Translations under genes and position numbers: made by a program
Source: Methanobacteriota archaeon
GTDB lineage: Archaea > Halobacteriota > Bog-38 > Methanoflorentales > Methanoflorentaceae
DNA length: 64,000 bases
NCBI GenBank assembly: GCA_963719035.1
Contig: CAVRAO010000008.1
Location: 256,001 to 320,000, forward strand
Direction: 5' to 3'
The notes under the pieces: generated by a model
What the model was told of the DNA's origin: nothing
The model's database searches: none
The model's input: only the letters and a program-made list of their open reading frames with translations
Shown: one piece after another, positions 52,973-62,789 of the stretch
How positions within the stretch are numbered: the first letter of the stretch is position 1
Layout: every line of letters starts with the position of its first letter

Positions 52973-53169
52973 GCTGCGTCTTTGTAATGTTTATGTATTC
53001 AACCCTTAGTAATAAGCAATATTCTCAAAACGCGAGCTTACGAATGTTTTGGTTGTTCTAGCTTCGCATTCAGACAATCGAAAAGTTGAAGGTAATAACT
53101 AAGTTAAAGACCATATATGCGTATCTATCTGCGGCTGCACGGACAGTTGAATACACGAGCGATGATTAA

Positions 53170-53724
53170 ATGAACTGGCTAGAGAAATTTCTTTACAGAT
53201 TAAATATCGTTTTATTCCGAATCTGCTCGGGTAGTGCGCGAGTCTACTTAGCACGAAGACTAGGAGTGCGGATTGGCAGCAACTGTCAACTTTATTACTG
53301 CAACTTAAGCACCGAACCGTATCTGATCTCGATAGGCAATAACTGTAAAATTACGTATGGGGTAACCTTCATGACCCACGACGGCGCGAAGTGGGTTTTG
53401 GAGCAAAATCACGATTTCGAAGGCACCAAGTTTGGCCCTATTTCTATCCACGATAACTCCTTCATCGGCGTAAACTCAATAATAATGCCCAATGTGGTAA
53501 TTGGCCCGAACAGTATCGTTGGAGCTGGATCCGTCGTCACCAAAGATGTGCCTCCAAATACGGTGTATGCGGGGAATCCTGCAAGATTTATTTGCACATA
53601 TGAAGAATATTTAGAAAAATGTCGACTCAAAAACACCGGCACCATCCCTCGGGAAAACATGAAAGATGTTTTGACTAAGATGTTTGAGCAAGAACTCGAA
53701 CAACGAGTTGAACCCAGAGATTAA
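53170..53724 (+). CDS. Hexapeptide-repeat sugar acyltransferase
   Basis: EPYLISIG, THDG, GAGSVVTKDVP, GNPAR. Confidence 0.9.
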   Translation: MNWLEKFLYRLNIVLFRICSGSARVYLARRLGVRIGSNCQLYYCNLSTEPYLISIGNNCKITYGVTFMTHDGAKWVLEQNHDFEGTKFGPISIHDNSFIGVNSIIMPNVVIGPNSIVGAGSVVTKDVPPNTVYAGNPARFICTYEEYLEKCRLKNTGTIPRENMKDVLTKMFEQELEQRVEPRD

Positions 53725-54017
53725 GCGCTTAAGATTTGGAGCCACGCAGATTAAAACGGATGATATGAAGTTATTATGTATATCGCGGAGCTACCTTGTC
53801 ACTGCTGAGTAAATTTTGCTTTCTGCAAGCTGTAGTGAACTTTTTTATCGCATCAACTTAGAGAAGCCCCCTTACTTGCGACAACTATAGAACCGGGCCA
53901 CACTCGCAGACTGCCTATCAAAGTGCGCTCCAACTTGTTGTATGTTGTCTGCATACTGGAAACGTCTGGATTCGTGACCTCGGTAAGGGCTAGGCAAACG
54001 CTAAGCGCTTGGCGACG

Positions 54018-55046
54018 CTAAATATAATTCAAGCCGCGCAAAATTTCTTCTATTTCTGTACGAGTGATGAAAATTGGCTCTTTAGGTGTGTAAGGCTGGA
54101 TATCTCCGCAAGCTGCTAAATCACTGTAATGCTTCCGGACGTGTGACAGCTTTTCCATCTCTGGCGCTACAATGAGCATGTCCTCTGTTTCGTAAGCGCG
54201 TATCTGCTCGCTCTCCGTCAAGAGCTCTTCTCGGAGTTTTTCTCCGGGCTTAACGCCGATGATTTTGGTACTAACATCGTCGGGCTTATTTCCGTACTTA
54301 GATGCTAATATTTCTATCATAACGCTGGCTACGTCCGTGATCCTCATTAACTTCATTTTAAAGATGAAGACTTCTCCCCCTCGAGCGATTTCACATGCGT
54401 GCAGAATCAGCTTAAGGGCATTGGGCATCAGGATTCTAGGCCGTACCATTTCCTGGTGTGTGATTGTCACAGGCCCCCCCGTTTCAATCTGTCGTCGGAA
54501 CAACGGAAATATGGACCCTCGCGAGCCGAGCACATTGCCGAATCTAACGCTGGCAAAAACTGTTCCCGTTGTCGTATGGTTAGCAATCGTCAGTAGGCGT
54601 TCTGCGAAGAGTTTCGAGGCACCATATGCCGTGGTTGGCTTGACAGATTTGCCCGTGCTCGGAAACACGACTTTCTTAACATTATGTCGTAAACACACCT
54701 CGACCAAGTTCTGGGTTCCGATGATGTTCGTTTTGACTGCTTCGTAAGGATTGTCCTCGCACATCGGCACATTCTTGAGCGCCGCAAGATGGAAGACGTA
54801 ATCAACTCCTTCAAAAAGAGGGTCAATCCGTTCCTTATCCCGTATATCAGCCACAAAAAACGACACTTTTTTTGATTTGAGCTCTTGCTCAAGATCGTAG
54901 AGAGCGCCTTCGTTATTATCCAAAAGTACTAAAGCACGAGGATTGACATTTAACAAAGCTCGAACAAGCTGCGACCCTACTGAGCCGGCTCCGCCTGTCA
55001 ACAATATGGTCTTATTAGTATAGAACGAGGATCCAGAGGTACCCAT
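54018..55046 (-). CDS. CapD/PseB/FnlA-family nucleotide-sugar SDR
   Basis: GGAGSVG, HLAALK.VP, YGASK, RFGNVLGSRGS, PGEKL. Confidence 0.88.
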   Translation of the reverse strand: MGTSGSSFYTNKTILLTGGAGSVGSQLVRALLNVNPRALVLLDNNEGALYDLEQELKSKKVSFFVADIRDKERIDPLFEGVDYVFHLAALKNVPMCEDNPYEAVKTNIIGTQNLVEVCLRHNVKKVVFPSTGKSVKPTTAYGASKLFAERLLTIANHTTTGTVFASVRFGNVLGSRGSIFPLFRRQIETGGPVTITHQEMVRPRILMPNALKLILHACEIARGGEVFIFKMKLMRITDVASVMIEILASKYGNKPDDVSTKIIGVKPGEKLREELLTESEQIRAYETEDMLIVAPEMEKLSHVRKHYSDLAACGDIQPYTPKEPIFITRTEIEEILRGLNYI

Positions 55047-55321
55047 GTTTATTTCAATATAAAGAAGCGGTTTTGTGTATTCCAATATTATTCTTATACT
55101 TTTCTTTCCGATTGTGTCGTTATTGTAAGCTTAAATTCCAGCGGCTGTCGTTCTATCTGACCGCTCTTATTAAGCATAAGGCCAGAGGATCTAGTGGATC
55201 GCATAACGTCCTATTACCATAATGCGCTGTCCAGCCGTTCGTTAGAGTGTGCAGATCATAAGTCCAACTACTGTTTTTAGATCTCGAACGCTTCTGAGAC
55301 GAAAGAGCGCCACCCTCGTTA

Positions 55322-56461
55322 CTAGCTATCGCTCAGAAGCTCTTCAAACAGGGCCTTTTCTTTTGCTTCGCAAAGTTTGTTTGAGTATTTTTTAAGCGCA
55401 ACTGTTCTACACATTTGCGGAAACTCTTCGTTCTCCAAGGCTTTCGAAATCTTCTCCGCAATTTCACTCGGATCATCAGACGCAAGGTATCCGGTAACGC
55501 CATCCTCGATCGTATCTCTTATCCCAAACACGTCCGTACCGACGGCGGGCGTTCCACAAGACATCGCCTCGATCAGAACTCTTGGCTGACCTTCGATTGA
55601 ACTAGTCATCACCATCAAATCTGCCATATTCATAAACTTCGGCACCTCTGAGTAGGGCACCGCGCCGGTAAAAAGAACTCTATCAGCAACCCCAAACGAT
55701 TCTGCCATTTCCTCAAGTTCATTTTCAAGATCACCTGTACCAACGATTAACAGTCTATATTTCTGATCAAGCTGCTGAACGGCCCTTAGAAGCAAATCAA
55801 GCCTTTTTACCGGATGCAATCTCCCAACAAACATGAGGATTTTTTCGTCTCGAATGCCATACCTTTTTTTAAGCTCTGTGACGTCAATTCCAGGCCGAAA
55901 AACGTCTTCATCAAAAGTCAATGGAATAACAACTACTCTCCTAGCCCCTCTTTGATGAAGCTCATTTTTAAGAGATGCATTGCGTGTGACCATTACATCA
56001 GCATTTTTGATGACATAGTTTTCGATCAAGCTAGCTAAGGTTCCTAAGGCTTTTCCTTTGTTTACATGCGTAACTTGATATGCCCAGTTATATTCATAAA
56101 AGACTACTGACGGCTTTTCTTTGAGTTTAGCTGCCAAGACTGCCCCTGGACAGGCAGCGCTAAAGCCTCTTACAAGGGATCGTCCCTTCAATCGCTTGGC
56201 AATTTTGAAAGCACTCAAGATGGTGTAGGAAAGGTGCCAAAGGCCAAATCCGCGAAAAAGCGCCGAGGGAACATGTTCGATTGCTGATGCTAATTCAAAC
56301 CTGCGAGTGTCCCCAGTAATTAAAAAAAGATCGCACAAACCTTCGTATCGCAACAAACTATCCTTAAGAAGCCGAATCATACTGCCGTCGGTGTTGACGC
56401 TATCAACTAATCGAACATCAAATGAGGTGACAAAAAGCAGTCTACACCGGTCTTGAGTCAT
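55322..56461 (-). CDS. GT4 glycosyltransferase
   Basis: FVGRLHPVK, EGQPRVLIEAMSCG. Confidence 0.88.
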   Translation of the reverse strand: MTQDRCRLLFVTSFDVRLVDSVNTDGSMIRLLKDSLLRYEGLCDLFLITGDTRRFELASAIEHVPSALFRGFGLWHLSYTILSAFKIAKRLKGRSLVRGFSAACPGAVLAAKLKEKPSVVFYEYNWAYQVTHVNKGKALGTLASLIENYVIKNADVMVTRNASLKNELHQRGARRVVVIPLTFDEDVFRPGIDVTELKKRYGIRDEKILMFVGRLHPVKRLDLLLRAVQQLDQKYRLLIVGTGDLENELEEMAESFGVADRVLFTGAVPYSEVPKFMNMADLMVMTSSIEGQPRVLIEAMSCGTPAVGTDVFGIRDTIEDGVTGYLASDDPSEIAEKISKALENEEFPQMCRTVALKKYSNKLCEAKEKALFEELLSDS

Positions 56462-56550
56462 CCGATTGATTATAGCAGATGACGTTAATAATCTTTTAGA
56501 TACACTTACAAAAGTATATTTAACAACAGCCGGCTGAATAGTTGACCGAT

Positions 56551-57834
56551 ATGGCCAACACTGTCTCGAGATTTGCAGCTGCTTTCCAAAAAGCACGAGA
56601 CTTGCTTTCTCTTCACTTTATCCGCAGCATCGTGCGAGGGCTCTCTGTTTTGGGAGCCGGATATGCGCTGGCGAAAATCATCTCGCTTGCAGAGGAGCTC
56701 TTCATTGGCCGTTACCTTGGGGTCGAAGTTTATGGTACATACCTCATCATTCTTGCTATAGCTGCCATTTTAAACGCAGTGATGATGCTTGGGCTTCCGA
56801 AGGCCGTCGTGAAGCTCGTCGCCGAACGAAATGAACGCATTGTTGACGTGCCGACAAATGCATTATTTATTGCTTTTTTTCTCGCAGTAGTAACGTCTGT
56901 GCCCGTAATCATCGTCGGGTATTCGGACAGCTCTTTAGCGTTACTAGGAATTACGCGGTATGAGTTGGTTTTTGGCTATACCATAGCGGTTCTTCTCACA
57001 CTGTACACCGTCGCACAATCCTTCAAACTAGCAATGTATAAGATTAGATTTGTTGTCGTCGCGGACGTTCTTTATTGGAGCGTTGCGCTCATCTTTTTCA
57101 TAGTTTTTCGTGACTTATCGCTAGGCTTGATTGGCATATGTGTTGGCTCTTTGCTCGGCTCTCTCATTCTCATTTACCGGGTACCACTCAGTTTCGCACG
57201 CTTCTCGAATCTAAGCATAAAGTCACTCATCCCACTTAGTGTATACCTAGGTGCGGATAGCGTACTCGGTATTTCAGCGCAACAGATTAGCTTTCTCTAT
57301 CTGAACATAATAGCAACAGCTTACGCTGTTGGAGTCTTTGGCGCACACTACCGATCAAGCATATTTCTGATCGTGCCGCTCGTAACAGTACTCTCAATGG
57401 CCCTTTATCCGCGCTTCTGCTCAATTGAACAGAGCTTGCGACCAAGCGTTGGGAGATATCTTGCCTATGGTGGCATTCCAATTTGTATCGCGGCGTTTGT
57501 TCTGTCGTTTATAAGTGGCGTGTTCTTCCTGCAAATTTTTAGAGTCCCGCTAATCTTCCCACTTCTGCTTGTTCTCGCAATTTATTCAGGGCTCTTCGTC
57601 TACAACAGAATCTGGGACAAATTAGTAACAGCGTGCGAGGGCGCGAAGATGGTCGGCTGGGGAATCGCATTTGGGACCTTAACGTTCTTGTCGGTTATGC
57701 TTGTACTCACCCCATACGTAGGCGGTATGCTCGCAATCGCCACCGGGATGGTCGCAAACGAGATCGTTTATGGCGTCTTGCTGCTGAGCTGGTTCAAGCG
57801 TCGCGTCGCAGACATTGGGAACCAAAAACTATAA
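56551..57834 (+). CDS. Oligosaccharide flippase (Wzx/MOP family)
   Basis: RYLGVEVYG, GL..AVVK; many TMs. Confidence 0.8.
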   Translation: MANTVSRFAAAFQKARDLLSLHFIRSIVRGLSVLGAGYALAKIISLAEELFIGRYLGVEVYGTYLIILAIAAILNAVMMLGLPKAVVKLVAERNERIVDVPTNALFIAFFLAVVTSVPVIIVGYSDSSLALLGITRYELVFGYTIAVLLTLYTVAQSFKLAMYKIRFVVVADVLYWSVALIFFIVFRDLSLGLIGICVGSLLGSLILIYRVPLSFARFSNLSIKSLIPLSVYLGADSVLGISAQQISFLYLNIIATAYAVGVFGAHYRSSIFLIVPLVTVLSMALYPRFCSIEQSLRPSVGRYLAYGGIPICIAAFVLSFISGVFFLQIFRVPLIFPLLLVLAIYSGLFVYNRIWDKLVTACEGAKMVGWGIAFGTLTFLSVMLVLTPYVGGMLAIATGMVANEIVYGVLLLSWFKRRVADIGNQKL

Positions 57835-57899
57835 GTGACTCGGACATAGCGATTCAATAGGAAAGCTTGATTGACAAAATTTGAGGTAGTCTCCTTCTA

Positions 57900-60221
57900 A
57901 TGCGAGAGCGATACGAGCAGAATCAAGAGTATACTAGACCAAGGTCCCCACAGTCTCCATCAGCAGAACACAGTCAGGCGATTACGCCCGCCCTTGCTAG
58001 AAAGCTAGGCAAGAAATTCTCAGTCGGCATTCTGTTAACGACTCTCGCCATCCTCCTTATTACGGTAGGTTACGCCGGATATTGGAATGGCGGCACCGAT
58101 TTAATCGATCATGATACTTCAACGTACATCGCGCTCGCAAAATACATCCAACAGAACGGCGCTCTAAGCGCTACCAATCCAAACGCAGCGCCCGGTGACG
58201 TCTGGTACAACGGCCAACCGCCTGGCCTTCCGATCATATTCAGTGCAGTTGCCACCCTTGGCGGCGTCAATATCAACTTAAATTCTGATCTACTCCTATT
58301 GCTACAGGGATTTTCCGCTTTCATATTAGTTTCTTTTATCCTCACGACGTTTGTAGTTGTAAAGAAGATAACCGGCGATACGCGAATAGCCGCTTTGGCA
58401 TCATTTTTTTCTGCAACGTTTAGCCCGAACCCGGCCATATTAGGACCGCAGTATATCGTGCCGTCAAGCTTCGGACTCATCCTAATGTACCTCGCGACGT
58501 ACTACCTTTACAGTACGATCAATGATGATGCGGGAAAGTCTCTCTTGAGCTCAAAATATACAGTGTTAGGCGCTCTCACCGTGACTACACTCATCTTTAC
58601 TCACAGGTTTTCCACTACGACGTTTTACTATATTTTCACCCTATTCATCATATTATACGTGTTGATTAATCTCGGGACCAGAATGCATTTGAAACAGATC
58701 AGCGCTATGATTGTGCTTCCAGTCATAATAAGCGCCCCCTGGTGGCTCACCATGTATAACCAGTATCAAACCCTTCCGTGGAGCATTCCAGAAGTCTTAA
58801 CGTTATCAGCAGGGATGTTAGGACTCAGTGTAGTTGGCGTGCTCTTTAGCGGAAGCGCCGATACGAGAACGGCACACAAACGCCGCGACAGACTGTTTGC
58901 TGTTGTCGGCCATTCGACAAAAAACGTGTTGAATTTGATCATTATTTTGGTGTTAGTCGCGATTGCAGGAGTTGTTGCTATTTCTCTTGTTTTTTCGGCT
59001 CAGACAGCATTTTCGCTAGCTTTCATGATTTCAAGTCTAGGCCTCATTCCAATTCTTGGCGTTCTTGTCTACAAAACGACGCTCTGGGATCGCCCTGAGA
59101 CTAATCTGCGGAACATGCTTGTCTCAAGCTGGCTCCTCGTGGCCTTGGTGCCTACCGTAATAGGGGTAATTGGGATAGCAGCCCCTAATTTGCCATGGCT
59201 CGTGCAACGTGTCATACCATACGCGCTAAAAAATGCAGACGGGGTGCGGTCGATCCTTTATCTCGTGCTCCCTTTGTCCATACTCGCCTCGCTCCTGGTT
59301 TTCAGGTTGGCATATGAGCCGCAGCCCCGCGTTCAAGGCTTGCGCCGGAGGGGAGACAAAAGGGCCATACGTTCGATTCTTATTATCGTTTTTGTGGTTG
59401 TTTCGGTGCTCTCCCCCGTCTTTCACATCGCCACCACCACCGCCCTTGCCACGAATGCGCAAGATCCAAAGCTCAATAATAATGAAATGGCCGCGCTGAA
59501 GTGGCTTAACAATCGTACGTCGTCAAATGACGGAGTTTTGTCAGATCCAACTTTCCTACAATACGTAAACACCTTCACTAACGCGCGAGCGGTATTGTCC
59601 ACCGATTCTGAAAACTCGTACGTCGTCACCCATCAGCTATCGCACCTCACCGACCTTGCCAACTTTATGAACGGCTCTACAGATTCCGCCACTAAGCTGC
59701 TCATTGCGAAAAAAATGGACGTAGACTACTTCGTTTATGATCGTGTAAAGGCAAAATATTCGAGCGACCTTTGGAAATTTCCATTGCCAGACTTTGTTCC
59801 TGATACACGAATCATGACGGAAGTCTTCAAAAACAGCGACGTCGTAGTGTACAAAATTGACCAAAGCAAGCTCTCCTTAGCGCCGACACAATATGCGTCG
59901 ATTAGCAAGGTCGAAGTAAACGGCGATTCTGCAGTTGTCTATGTAACAAATCACGCGAGCGACCCGATAAGCTTGCACATCGCTTGGCAAGACAGGTACA
60001 AGCCAGTCACCCTGAACAGCAAGGAAACAAAGCCAGTGACCATAGACCTGCCAAAAAGCAGCGGGAGCAGATTCGGATTTATGCCCACATTAGGCTCGAC
60101 AAGCACGTTGTACGTGAGCCTGTGGATGGATCCACCCTCCAATATCAGTAACTCAACGACAGACGCGAGATACGCGTACCCCATCGATGCGGTCAATATC
60201 AATTCACAACAGCTAGTATAG
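57900..60221 (+). CDS. Large GT-C-like multi-pass membrane protein with extracellular C-terminal domain
   Basis: TM1 followed by DHDT..Y loop, PPG, FTH; EMAALKWLNNRT soluble domain. Confidence 0.6.
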   Translation: MRERYEQNQEYTRPRSPQSPSAEHSQAITPALARKLGKKFSVGILLTTLAILLITVGYAGYWNGGTDLIDHDTSTYIALAKYIQQNGALSATNPNAAPGDVWYNGQPPGLPIIFSAVATLGGVNINLNSDLLLLLQGFSAFILVSFILTTFVVVKKITGDTRIAALASFFSATFSPNPAILGPQYIVPSSFGLILMYLATYYLYSTINDDAGKSLLSSKYTVLGALTVTTLIFTHRFSTTTFYYIFTLFIILYVLINLGTRMHLKQISAMIVLPVIISAPWWLTMYNQYQTLPWSIPEVLTLSAGMLGLSVVGVLFSGSADTRTAHKRRDRLFAVVGHSTKNVLNLIIILVLVAIAGVVAISLVFSAQTAFSLAFMISSLGLIPILGVLVYKTTLWDRPETNLRNMLVSSWLLVALVPTVIGVIGIAAPNLPWLVQRVIPYALKNADGVRSILYLVLPLSILASLLVFRLAYEPQPRVQGLRRRGDKRAIRSILIIVFVVVSVLSPVFHIATTTALATNAQDPKLNNNEMAALKWLNNRTSSNDGVLSDPTFLQYVNTFTNARAVLSTDSENSYVVTHQLSHLTDLANFMNGSTDSATKLLIAKKMDVDYFVYDRVKAKYSSDLWKFPLPDFVPDTRIMTEVFKNSDVVVYKIDQSKLSLAPTQYASISKVEVNGDSAVVYVTNHASDPISLHIAWQDRYKPVTLNSKETKPVTIDLPKSSGSRFGFMPTLGSTSTLYVSLWMDPPSNISNSTTDARYAYPIDAVNINSQQLV

Positions 60222-60392
60222 CTGCGGTTTAACCGAGACGTAGGGATTGTCAACACAGCATCTTGTTTTTTATATAATCGCTAATTACGCGATTAATTGC
60301 GCTAACCGAAGACTATTGTAAAGGGCATTCTGAGCACTTACAACATCCTGGGAGTTCCGCACTCTTTTTTCTTGCTAACGCCCGCCAAAGGT

Positions 60393-61394
60393 TCACAATG
60401 TTGACAGCACTGCGAGCATTATGGCAGCAGCGCCAGATATTCCGCAAAACAGCCACATCAGTTTAACCAGTCTCGGCTCTTTCATGGATCTTCGGCTTAA
60501 GATAAAATCAGACAAGTTCTTTCGAACAGAATATGATTTCGACGGGATCAAGTACCCCTCGTTCGTAACTTGGGTGGCTGTATATAGGTGACTCTCTGTA
60601 ACCTTTCCAACAGAGAACAGCACCATTGCATAGTTGATGATGTACGGCAACGCTGCAATAACAGCGAACACTTCGATTTTTAGCACTATTGCGCCGACAG
60701 CGATAGCGCTTCCTACGCAGAGCGTCCCTATATCGCCTGCAAATATGCGGGCAGGATACCGGTTGTACGGAAAAAAACCCACAAGTGCCCCGAGTAGCGC
60801 CGCCAATATTATTAGCCCTGCTATGTCACTAGTCGGCGACAACATAATCCCTCCGACGATTATCAGACAAGAAGTCAGTATAGCACCACACCCGATCTCC
60901 ATTCCATTGAATCCAGCAAATGTGTTTACAGCGTTAGCTCCAGCGGTAACGGCAAAGGGTACAAGAGGAATCCATGCGAGCCCAAGCCATAGGGCCCCTA
61001 CCAACGGTATTAAAAGATATGGGTCACGCCCAGCAGCTAATATGAGCGGAATGCCAGCGAAATAACCGAGGAGGGGCTTTTCCCAAGCCCCGAGGTGCAT
61101 TACATCATCTAGGGCCCCTACCATTGCTGATAGGGTCACCACCAGCAGCGAGATCAAAATCAGCTCTAAACTTAGGCCTAAAAAAGCAGCGACGATTAAC
61201 GACGTAGCGAACCCCGCGTAAATTGCAAAACCACCCATTTCCGAGATCTGAGGCTTATCTACTTTGTGAACGTCGATGCCAGATACGCCTGCAGATTTCA
61301 TTCTCGAGATGAGAGGCGGCGCTGCAGCAAATGTAACTACAAATGAAAGAAGAATGGAGACTATAAGTAAAAATAGCGCATAGCTATCAATCAT
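60393..61394 (-). CDS. MraY/DPAGT1-family polyprenol-phosphate GlcNAc-1-P transferase (AglH-like)
   Basis: GIDVHK, EMGG, GALDD, NAVNTFAGFNGME, YPARIFAGDIG. Confidence 0.88.
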   Translation of the reverse strand: MIDSYALFLLIVSILLSFVVTFAAAPPLISRMKSAGVSGIDVHKVDKPQISEMGGFAIYAGFATSLIVAAFLGLSLELILISLLVVTLSAMVGALDDVMHLGAWEKPLLGYFAGIPLILAAGRDPYLLIPLVGALWLGLAWIPLVPFAVTAGANAVNTFAGFNGMEIGCGAILTSCLIIVGGIMLSPTSDIAGLIILAALLGALVGFFPYNRYPARIFAGDIGTLCVGSAIAVGAIVLKIEVFAVIAALPYIINYAMVLFSVGKVTESHLYTATQVTNEGYLIPSKSYSVRKNLSDFILSRRSMKEPRLVKLMWLFCGISGAAAIMLAVLSTL

Positions 61395-61420
61395 CTAGAA
61401 TGTCACTTTTTTCAAGGTTC

Positions 61421-62716
61421 TTAAGTCTTCTTAGTTGGCCCAAATGTGCGCACTATCTGAGCTCGCGTAGTGTCTAGCGTAATGGCGCCTGTCTCGTCGA
61501 ACATAGCCTGCACAGTACCTTCGGCTTGAGATGCAGCAAGCGTGCGCATACCCATAAAACCCTCCGAAAAACACGTGAGGTGAGTATAAAATCCCGTTTT
61601 TGGTACTTGCGGACTGATCCTGAGGTTCCCCTCTTCAAAAAGCTGAACGACTTTGGAAACTATTCGCTCTGACGATTTTCCGTCGTAAAGAGTGTCATCT
61701 ATTGTGTTTCCTGACGCTGTCGATCGTATGGCGTCAGTCAAGACATCAGGATCCGGACTCTTGCCTACTAATCTGTTCCATCCGTTTTCGATAGTCTCAA
61801 CATAGTAGGTGCTATCAGACAGTGTGATACACGGAGTTTGCAAAACCGCGCTTTCCTTCTGAGGTCCCCCAGAATCGGTGATTAATACATTGCAGTCCAT
61901 CATTAGTCGTAAAAAATCTGTATAAGGAAGGGGATCGATCAGATGGATATGCTCAGACGACTCCAGTTTGTCCATCAGGCCAAACTTGATGAGATGGTTT
62001 CGCGTGTTTGGATGCAAGAGCACGATGACACTATAATCGTCGAGATTGACCGCAACTTTCACGATTCGACCTAGCGCCTCAGGGTTTCCAATGTTCCACG
62101 GCAGCCTTACGGCGAATGCTGCAAGCGGCCTTTCGCCTTCGCGATATACATCAAAAGAATCCGCCTTCAAAGCTCTTGGTTTATAATCGAGGAGCGAATC
62201 TATTAGAGGATCCCCTAAATAGTGGACGTAATCAGGATCATAACACTCTTCGAGCAAATTCAGATATGCCGTGTTACATACGGGAAAGAAAAGCGTCGAG
62301 CACATTTCGATTACCTTTCTTCTTACATCACTATGCACGTCGCGTAACGAACGATACCCCGACTCAATATGACCAACTGGAACAAATTTCATCGAAGACG
62401 CGATAGCTGCGCTAAACGAAGAGATGACATTACCTTGAACGAACACGAAGTCAGGTCGTGCTTTTTCTAATATATCGTCGATCTGACTGATCATAGCGGA
62501 GATCTGCTTATTGTAACTCATATTCCCAAGCGAGAGGCTATAATCGGGCTCTCTAAGATCCAAATCGATTAGCAGGTCTTCATACATCCCGCGGTCAAAG
62601 TGCTGTCCTGTATGAGCGAAAATGAGTTCAACCTCCTCGTTCTTATCAATCTCCTTAAGAAAAGAAGCCATCCCTATTAGCTCCGCTCGCGTTCCAATAA
62701 AAACAGCAATCCGCAT
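61421..62716 (-). CDS. UDP-GlcNAc 2-epimerase (WecB)-like protein with degenerate active site
   Basis: GTR.E, HTGQH, HIESGYRS, TDSGG. Confidence 0.82.
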   Translation of the reverse strand: MRIAVFIGTRAELIGMASFLKEIDKNEEVELIFAHTGQHFDRGMYEDLLIDLDLREPDYSLSLGNMSYNKQISAMISQIDDILEKARPDFVFVQGNVISSFSAAIASSMKFVPVGHIESGYRSLRDVHSDVRRKVIEMCSTLFFPVCNTAYLNLLEECYDPDYVHYLGDPLIDSLLDYKPRALKADSFDVYREGERPLAAFAVRLPWNIGNPEALGRIVKVAVNLDDYSVIVLLHPNTRNHLIKFGLMDKLESSEHIHLIDPLPYTDFLRLMMDCNVLITDSGGPQKESAVLQTPCITLSDSTYYVETIENGWNRLVGKSPDPDVLTDAIRSTASGNTIDDTLYDGKSSERIVSKVVQLFEEGNLRISPQVPKTGFYTHLTCFSEGFMGMRTLAASQAEGTVQAMFDETGAITLDTTRAQIVRTFGPTKKT

Positions 62717-62789
62717 AGCTCGTCTCCTTTGAGCTAACAAGCGCCATCGGCTAAATAGCTTATCATCTCGAAGTGAACGGTTCGCATTA

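Noticed and set aside
60275-60295. TAATCGC-N7-GCGATTA hairpin between convergent genes
   Set aside because: Short; it could be a terminator but cannot be supported further.
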